Positions 8,791-18,199 of a DNA stretch of 64,000 nucleotides are shown piece by piece. The DNA is from Myxococcota bacterium (GTDB lineage Bacteria > Myxococcota_A > UBA9160 > UBA4427). Each line of letters begins with the position of its first letter. Position 1 is the stretch's first letter. The stretch is taken from contig JAQWRT010000033.1 in the NCBI GenBank assembly GCA_029243605.1, forward strand, positions 1,147 through 65,146, in the 5' to 3' direction. The notes below the pieces were generated by a model, which was given only the letters and a program-made list of their open reading frames with translations, searched no databases and was not told the origin of the DNA. Position numbers and translations under genes: made by a program.

Positions 8791-9567
8791 ATGAGCGTTT
8801 CCGAAAAGACCGGGACCACCCCCGGGCCGATCCAATTGACGCCCCTGGCCGACGTCCCCGCGGTGCAACCCGGGGATGATCTCGCCGACCTGCTCCACCG
8901 GGCCGCCGAGAGCGCGGGGGTCGCGCTGGGCGAGGGCGTGCTCGTCGTCTGCCAGAAGATCGTTTCCAAAGCCGAAGGGAAAATCGTTGCCCTCGCCGAT
9001 GTCGAACCCAGGGACGAAGCGATCCGCATCGCCAAAGAGGACGACAAGGACCCGCGCCACGTGGAGATCGTGCTGCGCGAAAGCGCGCGTATCGTGCGCC
9101 GGGGACGGGGGGTCATGATCTGCGAAACCCGTCACGGCATGGTGTGCGCGAATGCCGGGGTCGACCTTTCCAACACGCCGGGCAGCGACGTCGCCGTACT
9201 CCTGCCCGACGACAGCGATGCCTCGGCTCGACGTCTGGCCGAAGGGCTCGCCGCCCTCGGCCACTCGGATCTCGCCGTGGTGATCAGCGACACCTTTGGG
9301 CGCCCGTGGCGCGAGGGTCTGGTGGACGTGGCCATCGGCTCATCGGGCATCGCCCCCATCGCCGATATCCGGGGCAGCCAGGATTGGATGGGCCGGGAGC
9401 TCCAGGTCACGACCATGGCCACAGTGGATCAACTCGCGGCGGCCGCCGGCCTGCTGATGATTAAGGACGCGGGCATCCCCGCGGTCTTCGTCGAGGGCGT
9501 CCCGCGCCAGGGCGACGGCGGGCTTTCCGACCTGCTTCGCAATCCGTCGGAAGACCTCTTCCGCTAG
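8791..9567 (+). CDS. cofE: F420-0:gamma-glutamyl ligase
   Basis: QKIVSKAEG, VCANAGVDLSN, DTFGRPWREG, DLFR C-terminus. Confidence 0.95.
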   Translation: MSVSEKTGTTPGPIQLTPLADVPAVQPGDDLADLLHRAAESAGVALGEGVLVVCQKIVSKAEGKIVALADVEPRDEAIRIAKEDDKDPRHVEIVLRESARIVRRGRGVMICETRHGMVCANAGVDLSNTPGSDVAVLLPDDSDASARRLAEGLAALGHSDLAVVISDTFGRPWREGLVDVAIGSSGIAPIADIRGSQDWMGRELQVTTMATVDQLAAAAGLLMIKDAGIPAVFVEGVPRQGDGGLSDLLRNPSEDLFR

Positions 9568-9812
9568 CCCCGCCCGCTCCGGGTCCCCAAGCGGCCCAAG
9601 ACCCCCGGGCGCCCAGAGCGCCTCCCCTCGGGCCACCTCGGGCCATTTCACCCCTCTCCCCGTGGGCGAACCGCCTGGCGGAGGCTCGTAAAAAAGGGCT
9701 TTGGAAGCGCTCCCACTGGCCGAAAAGACTTTTGTCCTTACTTATAAGGGCCCGGCGCAGCCCCAGGCTCCGCCTCAAAAAACGAGTCCAACGAACTCGA
9801 CGAGACCCCCCA

Positions 9813-10163
9813 ATGCAACCCACCTCTTCCAAACTTTTGCTCGCCCTCCTCTGCGCCGCCGCCCTGGTCGCCAGTGCGGCGGCGCCCTCTTGGGCGCTCG
9901 ACGATCCGCGCGGCAGCGACCGCTTCCCCAGCCAGGTCTTGCCCGCTCACCTGTTGCCCCAGCCCTCGGCCTTCTCGGCTCCAAGCGACGCGGTGCAGAG
10001 ATCCGCTCTCGGTTTGCCCATCGCGGCCACCGGCTTCGCCGGCCTCGGTGAGCGCCTGCTCAGCCTACCCCTGCGGCCCGTGGTGCTCGGAGAAACTCCG
10101 CGCACGCCCTCGGATGCCGAGCAGGGTCTCGGCGTCGTCCTCCGAATCCCCCTCTCGCTCTAG
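9813..10163 (+). CDS. Small secreted hypothetical protein
   Basis: Signal peptide KLLLALLCAAALVASAAAPSWA; C-terminal beta-strand-like GLGVVLRIPL. Confidence 0.55.
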   Translation: MQPTSSKLLLALLCAAALVASAAAPSWALDDPRGSDRFPSQVLPAHLLPQPSAFSAPSDAVQRSALGLPIAATGFAGLGERLLSLPLRPVVLGETPRTPSDAEQGLGVVLRIPLSL

Positions 10164-10180
10164 TCGCTCGGGGAGTGCAA

Positions 10181-10230
10181 GGAGTTCGGGGAACTCGAGG
10201 AGTTCGGGGAACTCGAGGAGTTCGGACTCC
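10181..10230. repeat. 18-bp palindromic tandem repeat (2.5 copies) between convergent genes
   Basis: GGAGTTCGGGGAACTCGA x2 plus GGAGTTCGGACTCC; each unit is a GAGTTC-GGG-GAACTC hairpin. Confidence 0.85.
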
Positions 10231-10278
10231 ACGCCCTTCGCCCAGGCAACGCCTTCACTCCCAGCGGGCGGCGTGTTT

Positions 10279-10866
10279 TTAGAGCCGATCGCGAAGGATC
10301 TTCCAGAGCTCGTGGATCCCCTGCTTGGCCTGGGAAGAAGTCAAGAGAATCGGGATCGAACGCTCACCCAACTGGGCCTTCAATTCCTTGACTCGCTTGG
10401 CCCGACGCATGGGCTTGAGCTTGTCGCCCTTGGTGAGCACCACCAGGGCTTCCACCCCGCGCTCGAGGAGCCAATCGAGCAAGAGGGTCTCGTCCTCGGA
10501 AATATCTCGGCGCAAATCCTGGAGAAGGATCGCAGTGCACAGGGCATCCCTGTCCTCGAGATAGCTCTCCACCAACCTTTGCCAGCTCTGGCGCTCCGTA
10601 CGGGAGACCCGGGCCCAGCCATAGCCGGGCAGATCGACCAGCATCAACTCCCGGGCATCCACGTCGACTTCAAAGAAGTGGATCATCCGTGTCTTGCCCG
10701 GCGTGGAACTCGTGCGGGCCAGTTGCTTGCGCTGGACCAGCGCGTTGAGCAGGCTCGATTTGCCCACGTTGGATCGTCCCAGGAAGGCAAACTCCGGGCG
10801 GCGAGTCTCGGGGAACTGGTCCGGCTTCGCGCAGGAGCGGTTGAGTTCGGCGCGTCGGATCTTCAC
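10279..10866 (-). CDS. engB: Ribosome biogenesis GTPase YihA/YsxC
   Basis: GRSNVGKSS, TSSTPGKT, DLPGYG, TKGDK; GTG start overlaps upstream stop. Confidence 0.95.
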   Translation of the reverse strand: MKIRRAELNRSCAKPDQFPETRRPEFAFLGRSNVGKSSLLNALVQRKQLARTSSTPGKTRMIHFFEVDVDARELMLVDLPGYGWARVSRTERQSWQRLVESYLEDRDALCTAILLQDLRRDISEDETLLLDWLLERGVEALVVLTKGDKLKPMRRAKRVKELKAQLGERSIPILLTSSQAKQGIHELWKILRDRL

Positions 10867-12050
10867 GGGTCCCCCTGCTGGGCGGCCCGGCGCTCGAGGC
10901 CGGGCAAGATTATTTCGAGGCGGGAAAGCGCCTCTTCCAAGGCAGACTCGCTCACCGCGTAGCAGAAGCGCAACATCCCCTCTCCCGCCACTCCAAAATC
11001 CACACCGGGGGTCGTCCCCACATGCGCCCCCTCGAGCAGCGCCGAGGCCAGGGCAACGGAGTCCCGGCCGAAGCGCCGGGCGTCGGCGAGGAGGTAGAAG
11101 GCGCCTTGAGGCGCGTGGGGGATGCCGAAGCCCAGGTCGCGCAGCCCTGCCACTAGGCGATCCCGGCGCTTCTCGCAGGCCGCCCGCATCTGCTCGGCTT
11201 CGGCGGCGCCGGCTTTCAGGGCGGCGACCCCCGCGTGTTGGACGAAGCGATTGGCCGAAATGAAAAAATTCTGGTGCAGGGTTTGGAGGGCGCGCAGGGA
11301 CCACTCCGGGGCCAACACCCAGCCGAGCCGGAAACCCGTCATGGCATAGCGCTTTGAGAACCCGTCGAGAACGAAGGCGTCGTCGGCGATCTGCGAAGTC
11401 GAGGTCGTGCCGAGGCCGTCGTACACGAGTCCGTCGTAGATCTCGTCGGAGACCAGAGTCGGACCGAGGCTGGCCAGGGCCTCGAGGGTCTCCCGGCTCT
11501 GGATCGCCCCGGTGGGGTTGGCGGGTGAGGCCACCACGATGGCCCGGGTGCGCGGCGTCAGGACCGCCGCCACCGCTTCGGGGTCCAGGGCAAAACCGTC
11601 CTCGGGACGCGTGGGAACAAAGACCGGTTCTCCCCCGCAATAACGAATGAAATTCGGGTAGCAGGGGTAGTGGGGGGTCGCGAGGACCACCTCGTCACCG
11701 GGACGAATGAGCAAGGAGAAGACCATCAACATGGCGGGCGAGGTTCCCTCGCTCACGAGAACCCGCGCGGGATCGACCTCCACCGCGAAGCGCCGGGAGT
11801 AATCCCCCGCGATGGCCTCGCGCAGGGCCAAGAGCCCGCGGCTGTCGGTGTAGTGGGTCTCGCCGTCCCGGAGGGCCTGCTCGCAGGCGGCGACCGCGGC
11901 GCTCGGGGGCGGAAAATCGGGCTCGCCGATCTCGAGGTGGATCACCGAGCTTCCCGAGGCCTCGAGCTCGAAAGCGCGCTCCATGATCTCCATCGCGAGG
12001 AAGGGCTCAAGGCGTTCGACGTGGGGCGCGGGACGGGGCGAGTCAGCCAT
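10863..12050 (-). CDS. PLP-dependent aminotransferase class I/II
   Basis: LEIGEPDF, SPANPTG, SDEIY, GFSKRYAMTGFRLG. Confidence 0.93.
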   Translation of the reverse strand: MADSPRPAPHVERLEPFLAMEIMERAFELEASGSSVIHLEIGEPDFPPPSAAVAACEQALRDGETHYTDSRGLLALREAIAGDYSRRFAVEVDPARVLVSEGTSPAMLMVFSLLIRPGDEVVLATPHYPCYPNFIRYCGGEPVFVPTRPEDGFALDPEAVAAVLTPRTRAIVVASPANPTGAIQSRETLEALASLGPTLVSDEIYDGLVYDGLGTTSTSQIADDAFVLDGFSKRYAMTGFRLGWVLAPEWSLRALQTLHQNFFISANRFVQHAGVAALKAGAAEAEQMRAACEKRRDRLVAGLRDLGFGIPHAPQGAFYLLADARRFGRDSVALASALLEGAHVGTTPGVDFGVAGEGMLRFCYAVSESALEEALSRLEIILPGLERRAAQQGDP

Positions 12051-12248
12051 GGCCGGGGGAGTAGCCAGCCCTCGCTTCAGTGTCGAGGGCACCATTCCAA
12101 CTATTTGAATAATAAGACTTTTCTTGGAAGCGGGAGTTTGACGGACCGGAGCCGTGCGGCTACCCTGAGCGGGCTGTCCAAGAGCCGCTCCGCACGGGCT
12201 CGCGCACCGTCAATCCCATTCGGGCGAAGGGTAACCGAAGGATCATTC

Positions 12249-12713
12249 ATGTCGAAGGGCGCACAAATCACCATCGGGGTCGTGATCGTGGCCCTGCTGC
12301 TGGGCTGGTACGGCTACACCAACCTTCAGGGCGAGGCCTCGTTCCAGTATTACCAGAACCTGGGCGAATTCCTTGCCAAGAGCAGCACTCTCGAGGGCGA
12401 GTCCCTGCGAGTCCATGGCTACGTCGCCAACGACTCCATCCACCGAGACCTCAAGGGCAAGAAAGTGCGCTTCGTGGTGCAGAACGATCCGCCCCACGCA
12501 GGCCTTGCCACCGAGAGCACCCTGGACGTGCTCTTCCTCGGGCTCGAAACCCCGGACATGTTCAAGGACGGCGCCGAGGTAGTGATCGAGGGTCGAGTCC
12601 AGAACCACCAGACGGGAACGGTGTTCCTCGCCGACAACCTGATGGCGAAATGTCCATCAAAATTTGAAGCCCAGGCCAATCAAGGGGAACCGGGCGGGAA
12701 TATGCCACTCTAA
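12249..12713 (+). CDS. ccmE: Cytochrome c maturation heme chaperone, Cys-type
   Basis: N-terminal TM, PDMFKDGAEVVIEG, LMAKCPSKF. Confidence 0.9.
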   Translation: MSKGAQITIGVVIVALLLGWYGYTNLQGEASFQYYQNLGEFLAKSSTLEGESLRVHGYVANDSIHRDLKGKKVRFVVQNDPPHAGLATESTLDVLFLGLETPDMFKDGAEVVIEGRVQNHQTGTVFLADNLMAKCPSKFEAQANQGEPGGNMPL

Positions 12714-12849
12714 ATCGCTCAGTGAAAATCCGTCGCTGAACGCGGTCGACCGGGCTTCAGGCGCCGCCCCAAGTGGGGGGGGGCCATGACAGGGGCAACT
12801 CTCCCCGGGCTCCGCGCTCCGAAATTCCGCAAGCCAAGGGAGCTACCCG

Positions 12850-14820
12850 ATGTCCGAACTTGGGCTCTACTCAATCCGACTGGGGCTACTCGCCGCCGTC
12901 GTCGGCATCCTCGCCGGCTTCTACGGAGGACTCACCCGCCGGGACGACTGGGGCCGAGTCGCCGAACGATCCGTCTATCTGGTCTTCGGCTTTCTGGGTG
13001 TCGCCATGTTCGCCCTCTTCTGGGCCCTGGCGAACAACGATTTCTCCCTGGCCTATGTGGCCAGGCACTCGGCCCGCAGCATGGAGCTTCATTACCGGCT
13101 GGGAGCCCTTTGGGGCGGACAAGCGGGCTCGCTGATGCTCTGGGCCTTCCTGCTGATGGCCTTCGGCTCGGCCGGGGTCTACGCCAACCGCAACCTGCAC
13201 CGCCGCTTGATCCCCTGGGTCGCGGTGATGCTGCTCCTCAACGCCGGCTTCTTCCTCGGCCTTCTCGAGTTTCTCTCCAACCCCTTCGAGCGGTTGCCCC
13301 ACGACCAAGTGCTCTCGGATGGCCAGGGTCTCAACCCCCTGCTCCAACATCCGGTGATGATGATCCACCCGATCATGCTCTACCTCGGCTTCACCGGCTT
13401 CGCGACGCCCTTCGCCTTCGCATTTGCCGCCCTGGTCACCGGCGAGCTCGGCACATCATGGTTTCGCACGACCCGACGCTGGAGCCTGATCGCCTGGCTG
13501 GCTCTGGGCTGCGGCATCGTGCTCGGAGGCCGCTGGGCCTACGAAGTCCTCGGCTGGGGAGGCTACTGGGCGTGGGACCCGGTGGAAAACGCTTCACTCA
13601 TGCCCTGGCTGGCCGCCACCGCCTATCTCCACTCGGTCATGATCCAGGAAAAGCGGAATATGCTGAAGACCTGGAACGTCGTCCTAATTGGCCTGACCTA
13701 TTGCATGTGCCTCTTCGGAACCTTTCTCACGCGAAGCGGGATCGTGCAATCCGTCCACGCCTTTACCGACGCGGGCTGGTACAAGCCCATCTTCCTCGCC
13801 TACGTCGGGGTTTCCGCGCTCCTCTTCTACTCCGCGGTTTTCTACCGCCGGCGGGAACTGGCAAGCCCCAACCGACTCGAATCCGTCGTCTCTCGCGAGT
13901 CGAGCTTTATCCTGAACAACTGGGTCTTCATGGTTCTGCTCGCGGTGGTTTTCGGCTTTACGATGCTCCCGGTTTTCTCCGAATCCCTGAGCGGTGAGCG
14001 ACTCACCCTCGGCCCGCACTTCTTCAACGTGGTCACCGCACCCCTGGCCCTGATCCTGCTCTTCCTCACCGGGGTCGGGCCGCTGATCGCGTGGCGAAAG
14101 GCCAGCCCCGCCAGCCTGAGGCGCCAATTCAAGTGGCCAACCCTCAGCGGCGTTTTCTCCACCATCATTCTCGCCGGTATTTTCTGGGGCGAGGTCGGCT
14201 ATTGGGCGCTCTGCTGCTGGGGCCTATGCGCCTTCGTGTCGGCGACGATCATCCAGGAATACGTCCTGGCCATCGCGGCCCGCAGGCGGATTCACGGCGA
14301 GTCTGTGTTCACTGCCTTCGCGACCCTGCTGCGCAAGAACCAGAGGCGCTACGGCGGCTATATCATCCATCTCGGTGTCGTCGTGATGTTATTGGGCATC
14401 TCGGGGAGCGTCTTCAACTACGAGCGTCTCGAGAATATGGTGCCTGGCGACTCCGTCGACGTTCAGGAATACCGGCTCGAGTACCTCACCGCCGAGCCCA
14501 TCACCCAACAGCATTACGGAGGCGCCACCGCCCGGATCGCCCTCTACCGCCAGGAAAATCCGCTGGCGGTGATGGAACCCCAAAAGCGGGTCTACTGGCT
14601 CGAACAGCAGCCGTCGACCATCCCCTCGATCTACTCCACCTGGTCCGAGGATATTTACGTGATCCTCAACAACATCGAGACCGACGGTTCGGCGACCCTC
14701 AAGATCTACCGAAATCCCCTGGTCAACTGGATCTGGGCCGGGGCCATTTTGTTTGCCATGGGGGGCATCGCAATTTTGTGGCCCCACCCGGGCCGACCGG
14801 GAAGCGAAGATCCCGCATGA
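12850..14820 (+). CDS. ccmF: Cytochrome c heme lyase
   Basis: WGGQAGS, GLNPLLQ, WAYEVLGWGGYWAWDPVENAS, SVHAF. Confidence 0.97.
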   Translation: MSELGLYSIRLGLLAAVVGILAGFYGGLTRRDDWGRVAERSVYLVFGFLGVAMFALFWALANNDFSLAYVARHSARSMELHYRLGALWGGQAGSLMLWAFLLMAFGSAGVYANRNLHRRLIPWVAVMLLLNAGFFLGLLEFLSNPFERLPHDQVLSDGQGLNPLLQHPVMMIHPIMLYLGFTGFATPFAFAFAALVTGELGTSWFRTTRRWSLIAWLALGCGIVLGGRWAYEVLGWGGYWAWDPVENASLMPWLAATAYLHSVMIQEKRNMLKTWNVVLIGLTYCMCLFGTFLTRSGIVQSVHAFTDAGWYKPIFLAYVGVSALLFYSAVFYRRRELASPNRLESVVSRESSFILNNWVFMVLLAVVFGFTMLPVFSESLSGERLTLGPHFFNVVTAPLALILLFLTGVGPLIAWRKASPASLRRQFKWPTLSGVFSTIILAGIFWGEVGYWALCCWGLCAFVSATIIQEYVLAIAARRRIHGESVFTAFATLLRKNQRRYGGYIIHLGVVVMLLGISGSVFNYERLENMVPGDSVDVQEYRLEYLTAEPITQQHYGGATARIALYRQENPLAVMEPQKRVYWLEQQPSTIPSIYSTWSEDIYVILNNIETDGSATLKIYRNPLVNWIWAGAILFAMGGIAILWPHPGRPGSEDPA

Positions 14821-16754
14821 ATCGCCTCGAGCGCGGTAGCCGCCGGACACAAAATGGAATCACGCCCCTCCTCCTTGCCCTGCTGACCCTGGTCGCCGGG
14901 TTGGGGGTCGCGAGCCCGGCGGCATGGGCCCAGGCTCCCAGTCAGGTCACGTCACCGAATGCCGATGTCCCCAAACCGCCGGCGGGCACCGGGGTTATCC
15001 TGGGTCAGGCCCGGGTCGGTGAGGAGACCGCGCCTATCGCCGACCTCGCCGTGGCGCTCTACGCCCTGCGCGCCGATGGTGCTCCCGGGCTAACCAGCAC
15101 ACAAACCAACGAGAGCGGGCTCTTCAGCTTCGAGGGCATCTCAACGGACCCGAGCGTCGTCTACCTGATCGGCGCGGAATACCTCGGGATCCCCTTCGCC
15201 CAGCGGGCGGTTTTCGAGCCGGGCTCGAACGAGTTGATCGTCAACCTGGCCCTGCGCAGGAGTATCGAGGACGGCACCGGCCTGACGATCCCCGAGGTCA
15301 CCTACAAATTCGATTGGCTCGGCGGGCAACTCTTTGTTCAGGTTTCCCATCGCATCGAAAACCCCCTGGATGAGGTCATCTACGTCACGCCGGAGCGCCG
15401 GGACCAAAGCCCGGCCCTCCACGCGGCGAGCCTGCCCGAAGGCATTTCGGAATACGTCGACGGTGACAAGGGGCAACGCCAAAACCTCTTGCGCGAGGGC
15501 AACCAATTATCCTTCTGGGGCCCCATCTACCCGGGCCCCCAGGAAGTGCGTTACGGCTTTCTGCTCCCAGGACCTGGGGCCTCCGACGGGCCAGGCAGCG
15601 ACGAAATCGACATCGTCGACGTGCTGCCCAGGGGGACGGATGCCCTGCGCGTGCTGCTCCCCGCCGGCGCTCCTCCTCCCCAAGGTGACGGCCTCGGCGA
15701 AGCGCTCGAAAATGTCTCCATCGACGGCGAGGAATACGCGAGCTACTCCGGCGCGGGCCTGAACCCGGGCGACTCGGTTCGGCTCCGCCTCTCGGTCCCG
15801 GAAAGCTCCGATGACCTCGGCGCCCTCTCCCTGCCTCGGGCCGATTTCTGGGTCGATCACGACGATACGGAGATCCGCGTCACCGCCGAAATCCATGTCG
15901 ATGTTTCCGCGCCGACCCGCCTATTGGCGGCTCCTGGCGAAAATTTGCTCGAACTCGAGTTGCCCACCGGTGCCGATTTTCTGGGCCTCAGCGGCTCTAC
16001 CCGCCTATTGGGGGTGACGCCGAACGGGCGCGGCGGCCTCGCGGTCAAGGGTCCTTTGGCCCCGGGGCTCTCGGTCATCGCCTACCGCTACCGGGTCCCG
16101 GTCACGAACAAAGCTCGGCTCGATCTCCAATTCGAAAAACCCGTAGACCTGCTGAATGTGTTGATCGCCGACAACGGAGTCGTCATTGAAAACGATCGGC
16201 TTCATCGCAAGCGTCCTTTCAAACAGGGGACTCGCTTCTATCTGCACCGAGAGGCCTACCAAGTCGAAGCCGGTGATGTAATCGACGTGGGTCTGACACC
16301 CTTGAAACGCGGGGCCGTCTCCACTGGAGGCGCCCGGGCAGTTGCCCTGGCCCTGGCCGGGCTCGCCGCCCTCTTCCTCGCTCTGCCCCTGCGTACGCGC
16401 CGCACCCCACCGGCTGCTGAGCTGGTTTCCGAACTCACGCTCAAGCGCGAGATTCTCTACGAATCGATCCGTGATCTCGATCATGATTTCGAAACCGGGA
16501 AGGTCGACGAGGCGGACTTCAAGCTCCTGCGCGAAGAACTCCGCGGCGATGCCATCGCGCTCATGCGTCAGGAAAAACTGGAAGAGACGGCCCCCGCCCA
16601 GCCAAGCGCGCCCGAGGCGCCCATCGCGTCGGTTCAGGCGGAGCCGGACGACTCCTTCCAGCGTTGCCCGGGATGCGGCGTTGCCGTGGTCACCGGTTGG
16701 AGTTTCTGCGCCGCTTGCGGCCACGGGCTGGGGACGGAGCACCCCCCGGAGTGA
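14817..16754 (+). CDS. Large ccm-associated membrane protein with CcmI-like helix and C-terminal zinc ribbon
   Basis: Signal peptide, beta-rich periplasmic domains, TM near residue 510, IRDLDHDFETGKVDEADF, CPGCG...FCAACG; overlaps ccmF and ccmA. Confidence 0.75.
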   Translation: MNRLERGSRRTQNGITPLLLALLTLVAGLGVASPAAWAQAPSQVTSPNADVPKPPAGTGVILGQARVGEETAPIADLAVALYALRADGAPGLTSTQTNESGLFSFEGISTDPSVVYLIGAEYLGIPFAQRAVFEPGSNELIVNLALRRSIEDGTGLTIPEVTYKFDWLGGQLFVQVSHRIENPLDEVIYVTPERRDQSPALHAASLPEGISEYVDGDKGQRQNLLREGNQLSFWGPIYPGPQEVRYGFLLPGPGASDGPGSDEIDIVDVLPRGTDALRVLLPAGAPPPQGDGLGEALENVSIDGEEYASYSGAGLNPGDSVRLRLSVPESSDDLGALSLPRADFWVDHDDTEIRVTAEIHVDVSAPTRLLAAPGENLLELELPTGADFLGLSGSTRLLGVTPNGRGGLAVKGPLAPGLSVIAYRYRVPVTNKARLDLQFEKPVDLLNVLIADNGVVIENDRLHRKRPFKQGTRFYLHREAYQVEAGDVIDVGLTPLKRGAVSTGGARAVALALAGLAALFLALPLRTRRTPPAAELVSELTLKREILYESIRDLDHDFETGKVDEADFKLLREELRGDAIALMRQEKLEETAPAQPSAPEAPIASVQAEPDDSFQRCPGCGVAVVTGWSFCAACGHGLGTEHPPE

Positions 16755-17449
16755 AGTCCCCGCTGCTGACCCTGCGTGGAATCGAGAAGCGCTATGCGTC
16801 AGTGAAAGCCCTGGGCGGCATCGATCTGGAACTCAGAGCGGGGGAAAGTCTCGCGATCCTCGGACCCAACGGGGCGGGCAAGAGCACCCTGCTGCGGATC
16901 ATGGCCGGGCTCGCCCACCCCACCTCCGGAACCCTTGAGTTCGCCGGAGGCAAACACGACCGCGGCCAGATCGGATACCTGGGCCACTCCACCCTGCTCT
17001 ACCCCGAACTCAGCGCCCGGGAAAACCTCATCTTTACCGGGCGCCTCTACCGACTCGACGACCCCGCCGCGCGCGCCGACCAACTCCTCGCCGAGGAGGG
17101 ACTCGCCGAGGTCGCCGACCGACGCGCCGGAGGGTTCTCCCGGGGAATGGCCCAGCGCCTGTCCATCGCCCGGGCCCGAGTCCACGCCCCGAGTCTGCTG
17201 CTTCTCGACGAGCCGTACACCGGGCTCGATGAGCCCGCGGCCCGGCGCCTGACATCGCGCCTTCAAAGCCTTTCCACCGAGGGCCACGCCCTGGCTCTCG
17301 TCACCCACGAAATCAGCCGGGCCGCCCTGCTCGCGGAGCGTGCCGTGATCCTCAAGGCGGGCTCGGTAGCCGACCGCGTGGAGAACGAAGCCCTCGACGA
17401 AGCCGGGCTGGCGCGCGCCTACGCCCGAGCCCTCGAGGGCGAGGCATGA
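16751..17449 (+). CDS. ccmA: Heme export ABC ATPase
   Basis: GPNGAGKST, FSRGMAQR, LLLDEP; operon context. Confidence 0.9.
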   Translation: MKSPLLTLRGIEKRYASVKALGGIDLELRAGESLAILGPNGAGKSTLLRIMAGLAHPTSGTLEFAGGKHDRGQIGYLGHSTLLYPELSARENLIFTGRLYRLDDPAARADQLLAEEGLAEVADRRAGGFSRGMAQRLSIARARVHAPSLLLLDEPYTGLDEPAARRLTSRLQSLSTEGHALALVTHEISRAALLAERAVILKAGSVADRVENEALDEAGLARAYARALEGEA

Positions 17450-18111
17450 ACGTCGCCCTGGCGATCTTGTGGAAGGATCTGGTCAGCGAATGGCGCGCGC
17501 GCGATCGCGTGGTGGCCATGCTGATCTTCTCGATCCTAATGGCCGTGGTCTTTCACTTCGCACTTCCCGGAAGCCGCCCGGAAGAATTGCAGGCGCTCAC
17601 CCCCGGGCTGCTCTGGACCGCCTATATCTTTGCGGCGCTGCTCGGGCTGAACCGATCTCTCGCCCTAGAACTCGACAACGATGCCCTGGCCGGGCTCGCC
17701 CTCGCTCCGGGCAACCGGGGCTGGATTTTCCTCGGCAAGGCCACGGCCAACTGGATTCTCATCAGCCTCGTCCAGGCAATCACCGCGCTCATCTTCGCCA
17801 TCTTCTACGGAGTCGACCTGGTGCCCGCCCTGCCGGGACTCGCCTTGGTGGTGGGGCTTGGAACCGTCGGGATCTGCGCCGCGGGCACCCTCCTGGCCAC
17901 CATGGCCGTGCGGACCGGTTTTCGCGAGGTTCTGCTTCCCGTATTGCTCCTGCCCGCCCTCTTCCCGGTTCTCGCGGGAGCCGTCGAGGGCAGCCTGGCC
18001 GCCGTCCAGGGCGGCTCAATCCCCTTCGAGTCCCTGCAATTGCTGATTGTCGTGGATGGCGTCTATCTGGTGGTCGCCTTTCTCGGCTTCGATTACGTGT
18101 TGGACGAATAG
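17446..18111 (+). CDS. ccmB: Heme exporter permease
   Basis: WKDLVSEWR, PGLLW, REVLLPVLLLP. Confidence 0.92.
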   Translation: MNVALAILWKDLVSEWRARDRVVAMLIFSILMAVVFHFALPGSRPEELQALTPGLLWTAYIFAALLGLNRSLALELDNDALAGLALAPGNRGWIFLGKATANWILISLVQAITALIFAIFYGVDLVPALPGLALVVGLGTVGICAAGTLLATMAVRTGFREVLLPVLLLPALFPVLAGAVEGSLAAVQGGSIPFESLQLLIVVDGVYLVVAFLGFDYVLDE

Positions 18112-18199
18112 TGCGCTCCAAACCAGGGCGGCATGGGGCGCAGCGAAGCTTGAGAATCCAGAGATACGAGAGAGATCAGAAAGAGGAAAGGGAGGAACG

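Noticed and set aside
10181-10230. CRISPR array
   Set aside because: Repeats are contiguous with no spacers, and there are no cas genes
12098-12112. IHF-like site (also near 50021-50033)
   Set aside because: One-mismatch matches in AT-rich patches; too weak to call
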